Part shown: one piece after another, positions 11,644 through 24,099 of the stretch | Numbering within the stretch: the stretch's first letter is position 1 | Layout of the letters: every line of letters begins with the position of its first letter | From: Takakia lepidozioides | Taxonomy: Eukaryota; Plantae; Bryophyta | DNA: 64,000 nt | Assembly: GCA_030704615.1 (NCBI GenBank) | Contig: CM060734.1 | Coordinates: 17,794,001-17,858,000, forward strand | Direction: 5' to 3' | Program-made: the position numbers and the translations under genes | Notes under the pieces: generated by a model | Databases searched by the model: none | Seen by the model: only the letters and a program-made list of their open reading frames with translations | What the model was told of the DNA's origin: nothing

Positions 11644-12650
11644 ATCCGAACCCGACACTTACTTCTTGCTTCTGGATGATGTAAGGTTCCGAAATTTGTT
11701 TGAATTAACCCATGCAGACAAAGAAAACACGAATATTCAGCATTAAATAGAGGTTTACTATTTCATGAGCAGAAACCATGAGCCATGAGCCAAGAGCCGC
11801 ATGAGCCGCATGAGCGGTGAGCCGAAGTCTAAGACACGCGGATTTCATGAGCGGACTCCTCCAAATTTGGAAATGCGGTAGATTAAACAAGTATTAAAAT
11901 AATAGTTTTTTATTTGACCTTGCCGTTTTTGGAAGTTCCACATCCTGTAATGCGGCAAAGATATGTCGTCAGTAACAAGTCCGCTCATGGTTTTTTAGAT
12001 CCGCTCATGGAAATGATTGACCGTGCAACGAGAAATCCAGTATACCACGGCAAAAGGACGTCGCATACTGGCCTGTATAGAGTATTCTGCGGTTTTACAT
12101 GCCTTAACATTGGAATGAAGCTGACCCTTCTGCCGCGATTGAACCAATAGAGTCTGCACCAATAGTGTCTGCAGTACTTCACAATTCTGTCATTTTCGGG
12201 TATTCGGCGGGAAAAATTTGCGACTCAACTGGGAAATGCGGTGCCGCATTAGGGCTCGCACGTGCGAAATTTCTGGGGAGTTTGGTGTTGGCGACGGTCG
12301 GCTCCCTGAAGGCTGGGTGCGACTATCTTGCTATGACAAAGGCCACATCTACCAGTACCTACGACGTTACTTGGAAATGCGGCGCCGCATTTCCTTGCCG
12401 GGGGTCGAATGAGGAAAACAAAGTTTGGGAGAGCAGAAAAACAGGAACCCTCCAACACACAAAAATACATTCACGTGGAAACACAAGTGAATGACATAGT
12501 ATTATCTTAGTTCGAGCAAAACATGTTACTGGTAGGCAAGACATAAGTTGGACCTTTCTGTGGCCAGAGTCAGAGCTACTTGCAGCAGTACAGTTCTACT
12601 ATCCGAAAAGGATGGGCGTACCATTGTGTTGGGACCGCAAGCCAAGCTCA

Positions 12651-14007
12651 CTAGTCCCCTGGATCCATATTCAGAAGAGTGTGCACCTCTTGGGGGCTCA
12701 ACCCTGGTGCATGTATGAAGTGATGAGTTGTGGAATTACACCGGAGTCTCTTTAGATACATGTAGTACAGATGCTTGCAAGGGCAGTATGATGCCCCCTT
12801 GTTCGCCATGATCTGGAAGTCGGTGCAATTGCAGGCGGGTAATTCTGAAATGGTGATGGTGTACACCTCATTGCGAACAGCTAAGCCTGCCGTGGCCATC
12901 TGATACACACGCCCGAAGCCTGGTGGGGGCACTTCTGTCGAGCTCTGGATTGTACAGTTCATCCGAAGTGCATTCCCCATCCTTGTCTCGTTCACTTTTG
13001 AGGGAGGTCGCCGCCTCTTCGGTTTCCCCCAACGGTGTGTAGGATGCTTAGAGCTGTCGGGTCCCATTGTTCTTGCTCTCACAGGGGTCGGTGGTGGAGG
13101 CTGTGGAAGAGGAAATGGTTGTCTGGGGACGTCAGTGCGCTGCACCATCTGAAATCCTGCGGCGGTAAAGGCGTCGGCCTCAACCTGACTCAAATCGCAG
13201 CCTGGTTCCACCGGCCACACCAGGGGAGCCTGTGGCATTGTTTGTATGTCGTACTTGGGCTTTTCATACACGCAAATCATAATGTCGTGCCTGCAGAACC
13301 AGAACTGGGTGGTTGTCGCCTCCGCAAACTTTGCATGGACAAATCTTCCTGTAAAAGTAGGAGCAGGGACAGCCCTATCTGGATTCCTCCTTATCATCTC
13401 TAAACAACGTTGCCGTGTATCCACTCGAATTGTGGAACACCTTTATCACTCCTTTCTCCAGACCCCATTCCGGATCAGCATCATGCACTCGCTTAAGAAT
13501 ATTTTCTTTACAACCGTCTGGCAATTCCAAGAACCTTTGAAAGAATTGTTTGGACAATCTTTCTTCCTTCGTTCCACAGGGAATTTGATTCACTTCAAAT
13601 TCTTTAATGGTCCAACCACCATGATCCCACCAGATGCCTGTCACATCTGGTTGTTCATGACTAAGTTCCCCAGTATGGTCGCCAAATGTCGCGCGGCTTT
13701 TACTCACCCATCCCTTCGCTATCCGAGGCGGAAACTCCAAGATAGAAGAGTTGGAAATCTCTAAGTACTCAGCCCGCGCAGAACAATCAGACATGACCTA
13801 CAACTAGTTGCGGCAACATGACGCGACCTCGAGGTGCTGTCCGAGTGTTCCTGTCGGATCTCCAGGAATCCTCTTCGCACCCGGGTTCCTCTTCAATCCT
13901 CCGCCTCACAGGGCGAGTACGGACGTCCCCCTCTAGGTGTTCATCTCTGCGGTGCAGAGGCGTCCCTTTGATCTTCTCTCGCAATGCTGTCGCCCATTTC
14001 AGTGGAT
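12651..14007 (-). pseudogene. E1 transposase, C-terminal part with SWIM zinc finger
   Basis: YTITISELPACNCTDF...YCPCKHLYY (SWIM); collinear with the 52801-53838 ORF; frameshifted. Confidence 0.88.
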
Positions 14008-14360
14008 TGTCAAGTTAAATAAGCACAGTGTGAAAACAGCTAGAATAAAACTAGTTATTTGTATTTAACACTTGGATTTAGGTCAAGTGTTAAATCAGGT
14101 GTCAAGTTTAGTTTGACACCTGGTCCGTCTTATCTTCACGAGAGCGGCAGTCGCGCGGCTCATCTCTCTCGAGTTGAGCCTGCGCGACCGAGCTCCTGCA
14201 TTCTTCAAATCTGAGTGTGCTTATGATGGGAGTGTAGGTTGTGTGGGGTGGAGTCCATAGTTTGGGGTGCCCCTGGCTCGACTATTATCTTAAGAGTGAT
14301 GTTGAGGGATTGCATATCTCTTGTGTTGAGAGTGTGTGTCCTTTTCTAGTTTGGTTATCA
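14008..14360 (+). repeat. Terminal repeat A1
   Basis: Near-identical to 25817-26170; TG...CA ends. Confidence 0.95.
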
Positions 14361-14376
14361 CTCGAGAGAGATGAGC
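14361..14376 (+). promoter_or_regulatory. Putative self-priming PBS
   Basis: CTCGAGAGAGATGAGC is the exact reverse complement of 14158-14173 inside repeat A. Confidence 0.75.
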
Positions 14377-14422
14377 TCTATCTAGTTTTCCAGTGCTAAG
14401 CTAGATATGATGTTTGTTTTTT

Positions 14423-17400
14423 TTAAGCACTATTATAATATAGATGGTCATGGTCTTGTACGCAGCTCAAGCAATGAGCATAGAACGGCTCTAGCTTGAG
14501 TTGTCTCACATCTTCAGTCGCAATGGTGTGTAGAAGAGAGAGTAATGGTGGTCTGCCCATTTTTGTTGGCATTGGCGAGGGGTGCTTCCACTGTAAGGGC
14601 GTCGCTCGTTGCGGAGGATATGTCGATGGCAGCTGGTGGTGTGATGTCAAGGCCCATAGAGCCCGCTGCGGTGAATGGGAGCAGCGAATGGGGCAGCAGT
14701 GAAGGGAGTCCAGGTAGAGCCAGCGGCTGTGGCGGCAGGGTCTGGTGATGGTGGCGGCTCTTGGTCGCTCGAGTATCTCTACAGCAGGGGGAACAGCCCG
14801 TTCAGGCTGTTGATATGCGGCTCGGAACTGGATGACTTCAGCTGTGTGTGGAAGCGAGTGGATCGAATGGAAGCTGGTCTGGATGAGGTTCCGCACGACA
14901 GCCTGAACTTTGGGATAGGAGTCATATGCGAAGACAGAAAGCTGATAGAAAGTGGCGGGCATTTCATCTTCTTTACCGTGGAGGTCTACCTAAAGAGGGA
15001 CTTCACTCTCTGGACGCTGAATGTTGCGCTGAAGTGGGGAGGGCAGCAGAAACACAGTCCCTTCGCACAATGTTTCGACCTCTTGGCTTTGACCTTTTGA
15101 CATGAGCAGTTCCCGCCCTTATTTTTCCTTGCTCTTTCCCTATGTTCCCTTCTCCTTTCGTCACCACTACTGCCTCACAGAAGTGGCGACCATACTGCCG
15201 TTTAAGTGTCCAGGAAACTGATGACATCAAGGAAGCTACCAGCTTGTTCCTGAAGACGAAGGGGTCGAATGTCACTGTTCTGGCTGGCACAGGAGCATGT
15301 GACCTGCCCATGGGACCTGGGGTGCCTGAAACAAGTGAAGTGGCTGGAGGATGGAGCATGGCGTCAGGAGATGGAAAGAGAGCAGTGAAGGGGTTTCTAC
15401 ATGAAAGGACTGCAATGGTTGCAGCCCGCAGCGCTAGCTAGGACCATGACCTGAAGCAGCTGCTAAGTCGCTGGGAGGTCCGTGAAGTGAACTGCCCAAA
15501 TGCGGGAGGTTGTCATGGAGGGAGCTAAGACAGTCAGTGTACTGCAGCTGCCTTGGTGGGGAAGTGAATGCGAGACTGGCAGCTCAACGGGGCATTGGAT
15601 AGATTGTCTGGTGATGGGATCGTAATTAGTAGCAGCTGATTGGAGTTAAAAGTTTGGTCATGCCAGTGTCGAGCAGCCAGTGAATTTTGGGCCAGATTTT
15701 TTGAAGGTATGTTGCATGGCAGTAGGCAGTGGTCCAGAGATTCTGAAACCCCAAGCGAGCAGCATAAGCAGAGCAGTGCACGGGTGAATTGAAGCCAACG
15801 CCCTACTTTAGAATTCTATGTGCGATCTGCCAGAGAAAGACAGCCAGCTTTGCATCGTGTGTGACAGCTTGCAGGATGTTGATTAGGGAAGGTGTGCATA
15901 GCGAGGCCAGTGATTGAATGCCGCTGAAATCTGTCACGGAAATGACCTGATTAGGTCTGGTGAGCATGTAACCCAAGTGTCGGGCAATGGAGGCAACGGC
16001 CCCTGCTGGAGGATTCATATCCAAGATGCAGGGATGGTCTGGATGATGCTGGCATAACCTGCATTCCTCTGGCTGTTCCTACAATCTGGTTTATGTGCCC
16101 TGGCACTATAGTGCTGATGCCGACCAGATATTCCGATCTGTGCAATTTCATGGTGATCCAGGCAGACCACCTCTCCGCATATCCACAGTCAATCTGTTGT
16201 GAAGAAGGAGGGGCAGGGGCAGGAAGCTAGTAGGTATAGGAGCTGACGATAGACTGAGCTGCTGTGTAGCAGCTATTCCCCGCTCAGTGTCCAGAGGGGA
16301 TGCTTGTGGCCTCCGAACTGCGCAAGTACTTGTCTCTGATCTCTGGGTGTCGCAATGGTGTCTCCTTGCTGATTTTGATCTCTATTAAGAGAGTGTATAT
16401 CAAGTGCGCAGGGGACTCGTCTCTCGAGGGTTCACTGGGAAGATCGCTTCACGACCTCCATCGTCACCACGGTTTGTGGTAGAAGAGGTTGGGATTCCAA
16501 AGCATGGTGAGCTGTTGAACTCAAATGAAATGGAGGGGAACAGCAGGCACGTGGCCAGGGAACCTAGGAGGCCATATAGAACTTAGGGAACGGGAACCAG
16601 TTACCAGATATTTTGGGTGTAACTTTGAATTTTTAAACTTGAAAACCTTAAAAAAAAAAAAAAAAAAAAAAAAACCCTTTTTTAATCTAATTGAATGATT
16701 TGGAGCCAAATTCTCATTATCTTTGTCAAATGGACTCTGTTTGACCCAGTTTTTGGGGGGATAGCTGCAGAAAGGGGAAACCTACCTATCTAAACCTGGT
16801 TTCTGTTTTGGGGACTCTGCTAAAAATCTATGGAATTTTTAGAGTGTGAGTGTGCCATGAAAGATCCACAATCCTGTCTCTAGAACCTGTGCTGGTCTAT
16901 ATGAGAGACAAATTGGTGGATGTACTCCTTGCATGGCTGGGGGAAATGAGGACGTAATGAAGGGCAGGTCTCTTTCTTAGTCTGTGCACACAAGGGGACA
17001 GGATCTATGTTCCCAAGGAACTCAGACTGATTTGAGTGGAGAACAGTTGGACGAGTTGATTGCATACTGGGAGTTAGGCATTAGCAGTAGAAAAGACTGC
17101 TGTAGTTGGCATTGAGGGCCTCAATATCGCCTTGGACAGTCAGAACTCTGTTGGAGCCAGCAGTTCTGCAGCTGTAGGTGAAATACCAAAGTGGGTGAAA
17201 GCTAGGCTGGAACACAGCCAAAGACAGCCCGGGGACCAAGGTGTTCAGTACAAGGCCGTGGTGTACTGGAGCAGAGGAGCAGGAGCTACACAAGTTTGTG
17301 CAATCAGACATGGTTGCAGCCGGATACGCTCTGCACAGGGCAACACGAACGGGGGTTCATCAGCAATGACATGTTTGTTGTGCATGAAGGAGATGCAGTC

Positions 17401-18150
17401 ATTCGCAATGAGGACACCCGCAACCGTCTCAAAGCTTTCGAGTTGAGAGACTATCAGACCCTACCTTTGTTTTCTTAGTGTTCAGTGAGCGGGAGATAGG
17501 GGAGTATTGCTTTGTCTCTACCTGGCAGAAAGAGGAGGAGGGTGGTTAGAGGGAGCTACTGTAACTTGGGACAAGGTTAGTGGCAGGTTCTGGACATAGA
17601 TATACCTCCTACACCTTACCATAAGCAGAGCGAGGCACTTTGAGAGAAGTCTGGAAGTTGATAGCATAGATCAGGATTAGATCTTGCTTGGGCGGGCTTC
17701 TATTCTTCCTCTCCATCTCTGTACTATTTTCATTACCTTGTACTCGTAGTTGCCAAGCCTCTCTTGGTGGAGGCCAGTCAGTCCGGGGGTTTTGGGCTGG
17801 GATATTTTGCAGGATCAGCATTGCAGCTGGATTTTTGGTGTGGGGGTGTTGATGTTTTGATTTCTGTGTTTGGATCCCCCCAAACACTGCATGCTTGACT
17901 GTGCGCCATGTTGGTTTTGTGTGGGCGCTTGCTTTCATAGGGATTAGGGCGGATTTGATCACCGGTCAATCCTAGAGTATGCTGTCGGTGGTGAGGCTGG
18001 AGTGATGACCAGCAAGACACCAGTGTTTCTTCTATGGTGAGGCTGGTTGATGACCAGCCAACCCCATGGAGTTCTTGCGGTGGATGCAGGTGCAGGTGCC
18101 CTGAGCCATTGGGATATGACCCTTAGACTGCAACAGGTGCCCACCCGTGT
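14423..18150 (-). pseudogene. Degraded antisense extra coding region with a zf-RVT-like motif
   Basis: AKLAVFLWQIAHRILK, then after a frameshift GRWLQF...LCLCC..G.SESLDHCLL.C (~15700-15860); the rest is unrecognised. Confidence 0.45.
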
Positions 18151-18399
18151 CACTATTAGATTAGTACTAGAGCCTTATAGTGTCACGTGGAGGAGGTGCA
18201 CATTGTGAGTGTCATTACGGAGTTACCCAAGGGTTTGAGGGGAGTACGGCTACAAAGGCAGTAACAGTGAGAGTGGGTTCACAAGACGAGGTATTCGGTT
18301 CAGACCACCTTCACGCCACCCTCAATTACTGTAGAGTCAGACACAGACTCGGAGGCTTCATCAACAGGTGTGCACTTTCATTCGCCATTGTTGTGGGAC

Positions 18400-19700
18400 G
18401 ACATGGAGGAGATGTATGGAGCTACCAAGGGGCCTCGTAGGTACTCTGGAGCTGTGGGCACAATCGAGTTGGATGACTTTATCCAGGAGTTCGACAGCTG
18501 GTGTGATTTGCAACAGATGCGCAATCCACAGCTATTCACCCCATTCATGGCGTGGAAGGGACTGTTCCAGCATTTGGAAGGCCCGCCTATGGACGATTAC
18601 CACGAGTTCAGGGAGGACATGAAGCAGAGATTGAGGAGTGGAGGATGTATGGTCACCTGACTACGTCTCCATACTCGAGGCACGACGCGACCAGTAGCTG
18701 CATCAGTACCAATAGCTCCCACTGCCAGCACTAGTAGTAGCAAGTAGTGCTGGTACTTCTATAGGTGGTACCAGTTCAAAAGGTGCTACTACTCCTCCTG
18801 CCACTACTACAACACATGTGCCTAGATTCAACCCGGTGGTGGAGTTCTTCCAGGAGTTGCGGAGGAACTACCAAGGTGTACGGACAGAGAAGCTGCGAAG
18901 TTTGCAAGACTTCCAGCGCAAACCAGTGAGAGCTGCGAGAGGCATACACTCGTATGAGGTGCTTGATAAGTGTGAACCAAGGGGTTACTGAAGCTCAGGC
19001 AATCCAGTTTTGGTATGGAATTTGGACAAGGAGCTCAAGAGAAGGGTGCGAGATGCAACCTTGTTACAAGCAGCCCAACCCACATTAGCAGATGTGTTTT
19101 GTTGGCTGAGCGGATTGAGCTCAACATGGTGGAGGAGCGAGTTGTCACCATTGGATTTGGCAAGGACATGCCTGCACGAGGCGCAGCTGCCAGCCCACAG
19201 GCACAAGGTACTGCCAACAGCGTGGTCAGGGGGGCAAGGTTTCCCAACCCAAGTTCCATGGAGCTTACAGGGACCTCAGGTGCAGAGGCCCGTGGCATCT
19301 TTTGCAGGCCAACAGCAACCAGGGGTGATATGTTGGACATGTGGAGGACCCCATGTCAAGAGAGATTGCCCAGAGAGTGGCAGAAGGCCGGCACAAGCAT
19401 AGCCTGCACAGTTGCAGAGTGGGCATTGGGCAAGTATGGGCATGGAGATGCCCAGTGTTATGACTTGCATCCTGAGTTGCGCCAGGCCAGTTCCAAAGGA
19501 ACAATGGTGGCGGGGGCGAGGTGGACCAGCCCAGAGAGGACGAGTTGGTCGGGCACGAGGTGCAGGCCAAGGCAAGCTCAACATGGCCAAGGACGCGGAG
19601 GTCAGGGTGTTGATCAAGGCATGGCCAACCGGCTTCAGCAGCTAGAGCAGAGGCTCGCTGCCATGGCTATAGCTCAGGCGGTACCGACTCCCAGGCGGGA
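18400..19700 (+). pseudogene. Gag-like region with zinc knuckles, frameshifted
   Basis: YSGAVGTIELDDFIQEFDSWCD; CWTCGGPHVKRDC; second knuckle ...GKYGHGDAQC. Confidence 0.75.
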
Positions 19701-20379
19701 TGGTCCACCTCCTACTCCTGAGGGAGGAGATATGGGGGCATGGGATTTATGGCGGAGCAGCACTACCACTAGAGCAGGTGGAGTCTGCTGCAGCCGTGAC
19801 TCGAGGAGCAGCACGAGTTCCTGAGCCACGAGGTGCAGAGGTGGAATTGGATCACAGCGTGGGGAGGCAAGCCGTCAGGCAAGGCTTCCTCAGTCATTCA
19901 CATTGGCGGAGACTGTATCGACGCCATCCATGGCACCTAGTTCTCGCCCGACTGTTCCGAGGTGGAGGTACTATGCCATTGGGGAGAGCTACACGTGCAG
20001 CATTGACTCCTGCTGCCAAGGCTAGTGCGGCGGTGTTGTTATTGGGGCAGCCACCTTGTGTGTCAGGCCCCACTGTTCTCGGCAACAATGATTGCCACGC
20101 CGGGGGTAAGGCCAGCTACAGTGTTCAGACTAGCAGCAACACTCTGTGAGAGTGGGGAGGTCATTTCATCTTCTACGGAGTTAGTGGAAGGTGTAATGGC
20201 AGAGGGATCCTCGTATTGAGGGTCAAGACTGCCACGGCTGTGCCCTGGCAAGCTGCAGCTGCCAGGTTGACGGAGCTGCCAGCTAGGGCCAGCCTTTGAG
20301 CGCGCCATGGTGACACCTGGAGTTGTCTTGTTAGACAACCAGGGAGGCATTTTCACTTGAGTGGACCGGCAGGAAGAAG

Positions 20380-20720
20380 TACCGGCCACTGCGGGTCTTG
20401 TTGGACTCGGGAGCTCAGCCACTGATGTTGGGCAGAGCTGCTATTGCAGGTTTGGGCCTCATGGAGGCGGATATGGAGCCTTGCCCTTTCCAGATACAAC
20501 ATCTCTGGGAGGATCAGAGCAGGCTCAGGGCATGACACGGCATCAGTTGGCCATTAGACTGCAGCCGGATCACCTATCGATGGCTCAGTAATGCGAGCCA
20601 AGGCCATTGTGACAGACGCAGTCTCTTACGATGTCCTCGTTGGGGGGGCAGTGTTATACCCCATGGGCTTCACCCTGGACTTTTGGGAGGAGTCAGCATC
20701 CTACAGGCCTGGATGGCAGT
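20380..20720 (+). pseudogene. Aspartic protease
   Basis: RVLLDSGAQPLMLG (~20392) and YDVLVGGAVL. Confidence 0.8.
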
Positions 20721-21109
20721 CAGGCGATGGTCGCCGTGCACACCGCTCCCCTGACATTCATTGGGGGTATAGCGGCTACCCAGCGGGGCAAGATGCCACA
20801 CTAGCCGCCTTTACAGCTGCGTTAGTTGGCCTGGAGAGTTGCTGGAAGGCAATGCCCATGCAAAGGATGTGCCACCTCCAGCAGAGCAGGATGACATGCA
20901 TGGTATGGCGAGTGCCTGCCATGGTTGCTCACACTCCATTGTGGGGTATGAGCAAGGATTTGCAGCAGGTTGCTGGATCGACGGGTGCAACAAGCCTGGG
21001 TAGAGGCTTTGTTCCGTCAGGAGAGGAGGAGAGTGGGGGTATTGCACCAAGACCCCCTCAGTTGTCACCATTGGATACCACACCTATTGTGTGGCAGTAT
21101 CCGGATGAA

Positions 21110-22060
21110 GCATTTGCTTTCTGGACTGTTTGGGCGGGATCAGCACCGGATTGGCTTGTTGTGCTACAGGTAGGTGTACGAGTTCGACGTTACCGGATGT
21201 GGAGAGGGATGAGATTGCACGACGCATCTCACTGCGCCATGTTGACTCAGTTGGTACAGCAATACCGTGACTTGTTGCCAGTGTCTGCAGTTCGTGGATT
21301 CCAACAAGCCTTGCCAGCAGACATTTCTTTGCTGGGGGCGCAGGATTTAGAGCAGGTTGGCTCCATTGATCTGGTAGTGGCAGGTGGCCTGCCAAGGGCA
21401 TTCATCAGCGGGCATGGCAATGGATTGCGAGACTCGAGGAGGGTCTGTTTTGGGAGATGGTGCGGATTTTGCGCTGCTTGCAGCTTCATCAAGCTGTATC
21501 TCCAGCATACATCTTGGAGAATGTACAACTGATGGGGTGATTCTCGGGCCAGGGTGATGGCCAGTGTGCATCAAGTCCGGTCGTGGCTTGGGTCAGCAGT
21601 GTGCTGGATGCAGCTGCAGTGGGGTCACGGGTCATCGTCCACGGCTTGGTGGACTAACTTGATGTCACCCGCACTACTCAAGCGTGCATTTGATGGGGTG
21701 CAGCGGCCAGCACCTTACGTGGATGGCATTTTGGACACAGGGAGGCAGTCTCAACGTGTGAGACACGATGACCGTTGCCTTTGGCAGTGGTCAACAGGGT
21801 GGGTCAACCACGAGCAAGCATCACCTACACTGCTCAGCTTCCCACGGATCCCATGCTTTTCGGGATGGTGGATTTGCCTCCTGTGGGATGCTCAGTTGCA
21901 ACAGTTAGAGGAGCCTAATGCTGACGAGCGGAGAGCGGGCTATGGGGTTTTCCACTGGGACAAGGCGGTGCCTTCTCTTTCTGGGCATCACGTCGGCAGG
22001 TGTTGGGGCAAGCAATGGATCTCAATTGCTTGATGGATTATCAGCTGGCTATGGCTGAGC
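21110..22060 (+). pseudogene. C5-cytosine DNA methyltransferase domain within pol, frameshifted
   Basis: Motifs in order, read across frameshifts: I LF-GGISTG (~21125), IV DLVVAG(WP)CQGHS..G...GLRDSR (~21368), VI YILENV (~21508), VIII DAAAVGSR.HRPR.WWTN (~21607), IX EPNADER..AMGF (~21910), X RQVLGQAMD (~21995). Confidence 0.85.
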
Positions 22061-22559
22061 AACGTAGAGTGCGGAGCGCACTTCCCTGGACGGTCTCTCT
22101 GCCTACGGAGACGGTACAGGCAGCGAGTGGGGGCGAGCGGTGAGGACCACGGGTGTAGACATCCATGGCACACGTGGGAGGTGCTCGAGGTTCAGAGGGA
22201 GTTGGCAGCCAAAGCAGCTGTGATGATGAGGTTGGGGAATTCTTCTCGGGATGAGGAGGGTTCAATGAGTGAGATGATTGGGCAGGATGAGGCATTGTCA
22301 TTGACTGAGCAGGAAGGAAGTACTGCTCAAGAGGTTGCAGCATAGCAACCCCGGACGCGTCCTCTTACCTCTAAGCCACTGGACTTAAGGTTGCAGTCAC
22401 GGAGGACAATTCGGGAGCCTGACATTGGACCCATTGTCACCGGAGGAGAGAGACGACGTATACGGGGTCCTGAGGGCTTACAGATTGCTTTGCCTTCAGT
22501 TGAAGGACTGGGAGCTGAAGGGTCAAGAGATCCGTATTGAGTTGGCCATGACACGCCAA

Positions 22560-23790
22560 TCTTTCGGAGACCCTATAGATACAGTGACATGGAGAGGTCT
22601 TTGATTTCAGATGAGGACTCAAGATCTCTGGGAGGCAGGTTTGGTGGAGCTCTCTGGTGAGAGTATGCTTCAGCCACAGTGATGCCAGCTAGAAGGATGT
22701 CTATGGCAAATGGACGGGAGAGACGTATGTGCGGTGATTACCGGCTGTAATCGTCAGACCAGTCCGATAGGTATTGCCATGCCAACACCAGAGGAGATCT
22801 TGATGCCATTGGGCATTCCAAGGTCTTTAGCACGTTGGATTTATGATCCGGATATCACCAGTTGCCGATCAAGGAGGCGGATAAGCAAAAGACGACATTC
22901 TGGGGGATCAATGAGCACGGGAAGGATTGCCTATACCAGTGGGGTTCTTACCATTTGGGCTTAAAATGCTCACCGTGAGTTTCAAATAGTCATGGACAGG
23001 ATTCTAGTAGGGGTGGAGTTTGCTCGGGCTACATAGATGAATCATCATCTTTAGTGCTACGGTGGAGGAGCATGAGAGACACCTTCAGGGGGTATTTGAG
23101 CGCTTGAGGACGCACGGATTGAAGTTACATCCGGGCAAGTGCAAGTTTTTCCACAACCAGATTGAGTATCTGGGTCACATGATATATCCTGGAGGATTGG
23201 GGGTACAGCAGACTAAGGTAGAGTCCATTGCACAGGTTCCACGCCCCACGGATGTGAGCCGAGTTCGAGCTTTCATGGGGTTAGCAAACTATTACAGACG
23301 GTTTGTTAAGGGATTAGTGCCATTGCAAAGGCTCTAACCAAGCTGACCAAGGTGGACCAGGAGTGGCAGTGGGAAGATGAGCAAGAACAAGCTTTTCAAG
23401 AGCTCAAGGCGAGGTTGACCTCGGCGCCCATCTTGAGACGACCTATCAGGGGGCGTCCTTTTCAGCTGCATACAGATTGGAGCATGCTGGGGTTTGGAGC
23501 GGTGCTCACACAGGTGGATGATGAGGGAAGAGAGTTTGTAGTGGCTTATGCTAGCCGCTCAAACAATGCTGCAGAGTCTAAGTATAGCTCATATGAGGGA
23601 GAATGCTTAGCTACAGTGTGGGCCGTGGCGTGGCACACTTCAGGTGCTATCTATACGGCAATCTCTTCACCCTTGTCACGGATCACCAACCACTCAAGTG
23701 GTTGATGGAGTCAGACAAGCTTACGGGGAAGCTTGCACGGTGGGCACTCATCCTTCAAGAGTATGACTTTCAGGTGGTGCATCGACCGGT
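22560..23790 (+). pseudogene. Reverse transcriptase and RNase H, frameshifted
   Basis: HERHLQGVFERLRTHGLKLHPGKCKFF, VRAFMGLANYYRRFV, FQLHTDWSMLGFGAVLTQ, YSSYEGECLA, LVTDHQPLKWL. Confidence 0.92.
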
Positions 23791-24099
23791 TTGGTCAATC
23801 GCAATGCAGATGGGTTGAGTCGCAATCCATGCACGAGCCAACAGGATGACACTGGAGCTCGGTGGCATGGTGAGACGGACGAGGAGATGGTGCCCGGATG
23901 GCATGCATCTGCATTTCTGTGTATCTTGGCAGCGGAAGGCCAGGTTGGACCTGCAACAGGGATGACTGTAGATCAAGTGTCTGAGGACCCTGAGGCCAGC
24001 AATGAGCAAGGTGGCGCCAAAGATATACATGAGGATTCAGTTGTGTTGGACTACCTCCGCACTGGAGACACGGCAGCCACTGTGACTGCCAAGGAGAGG

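Noticed and set aside
14351-14360. tRNA-Met PBS (TGGT(T)ATCA) for the second retroelement
   Set aside because: It lies inside repeat A, is present in both copies and lacks the following GAGC; the next 16 nt fit self-priming better.
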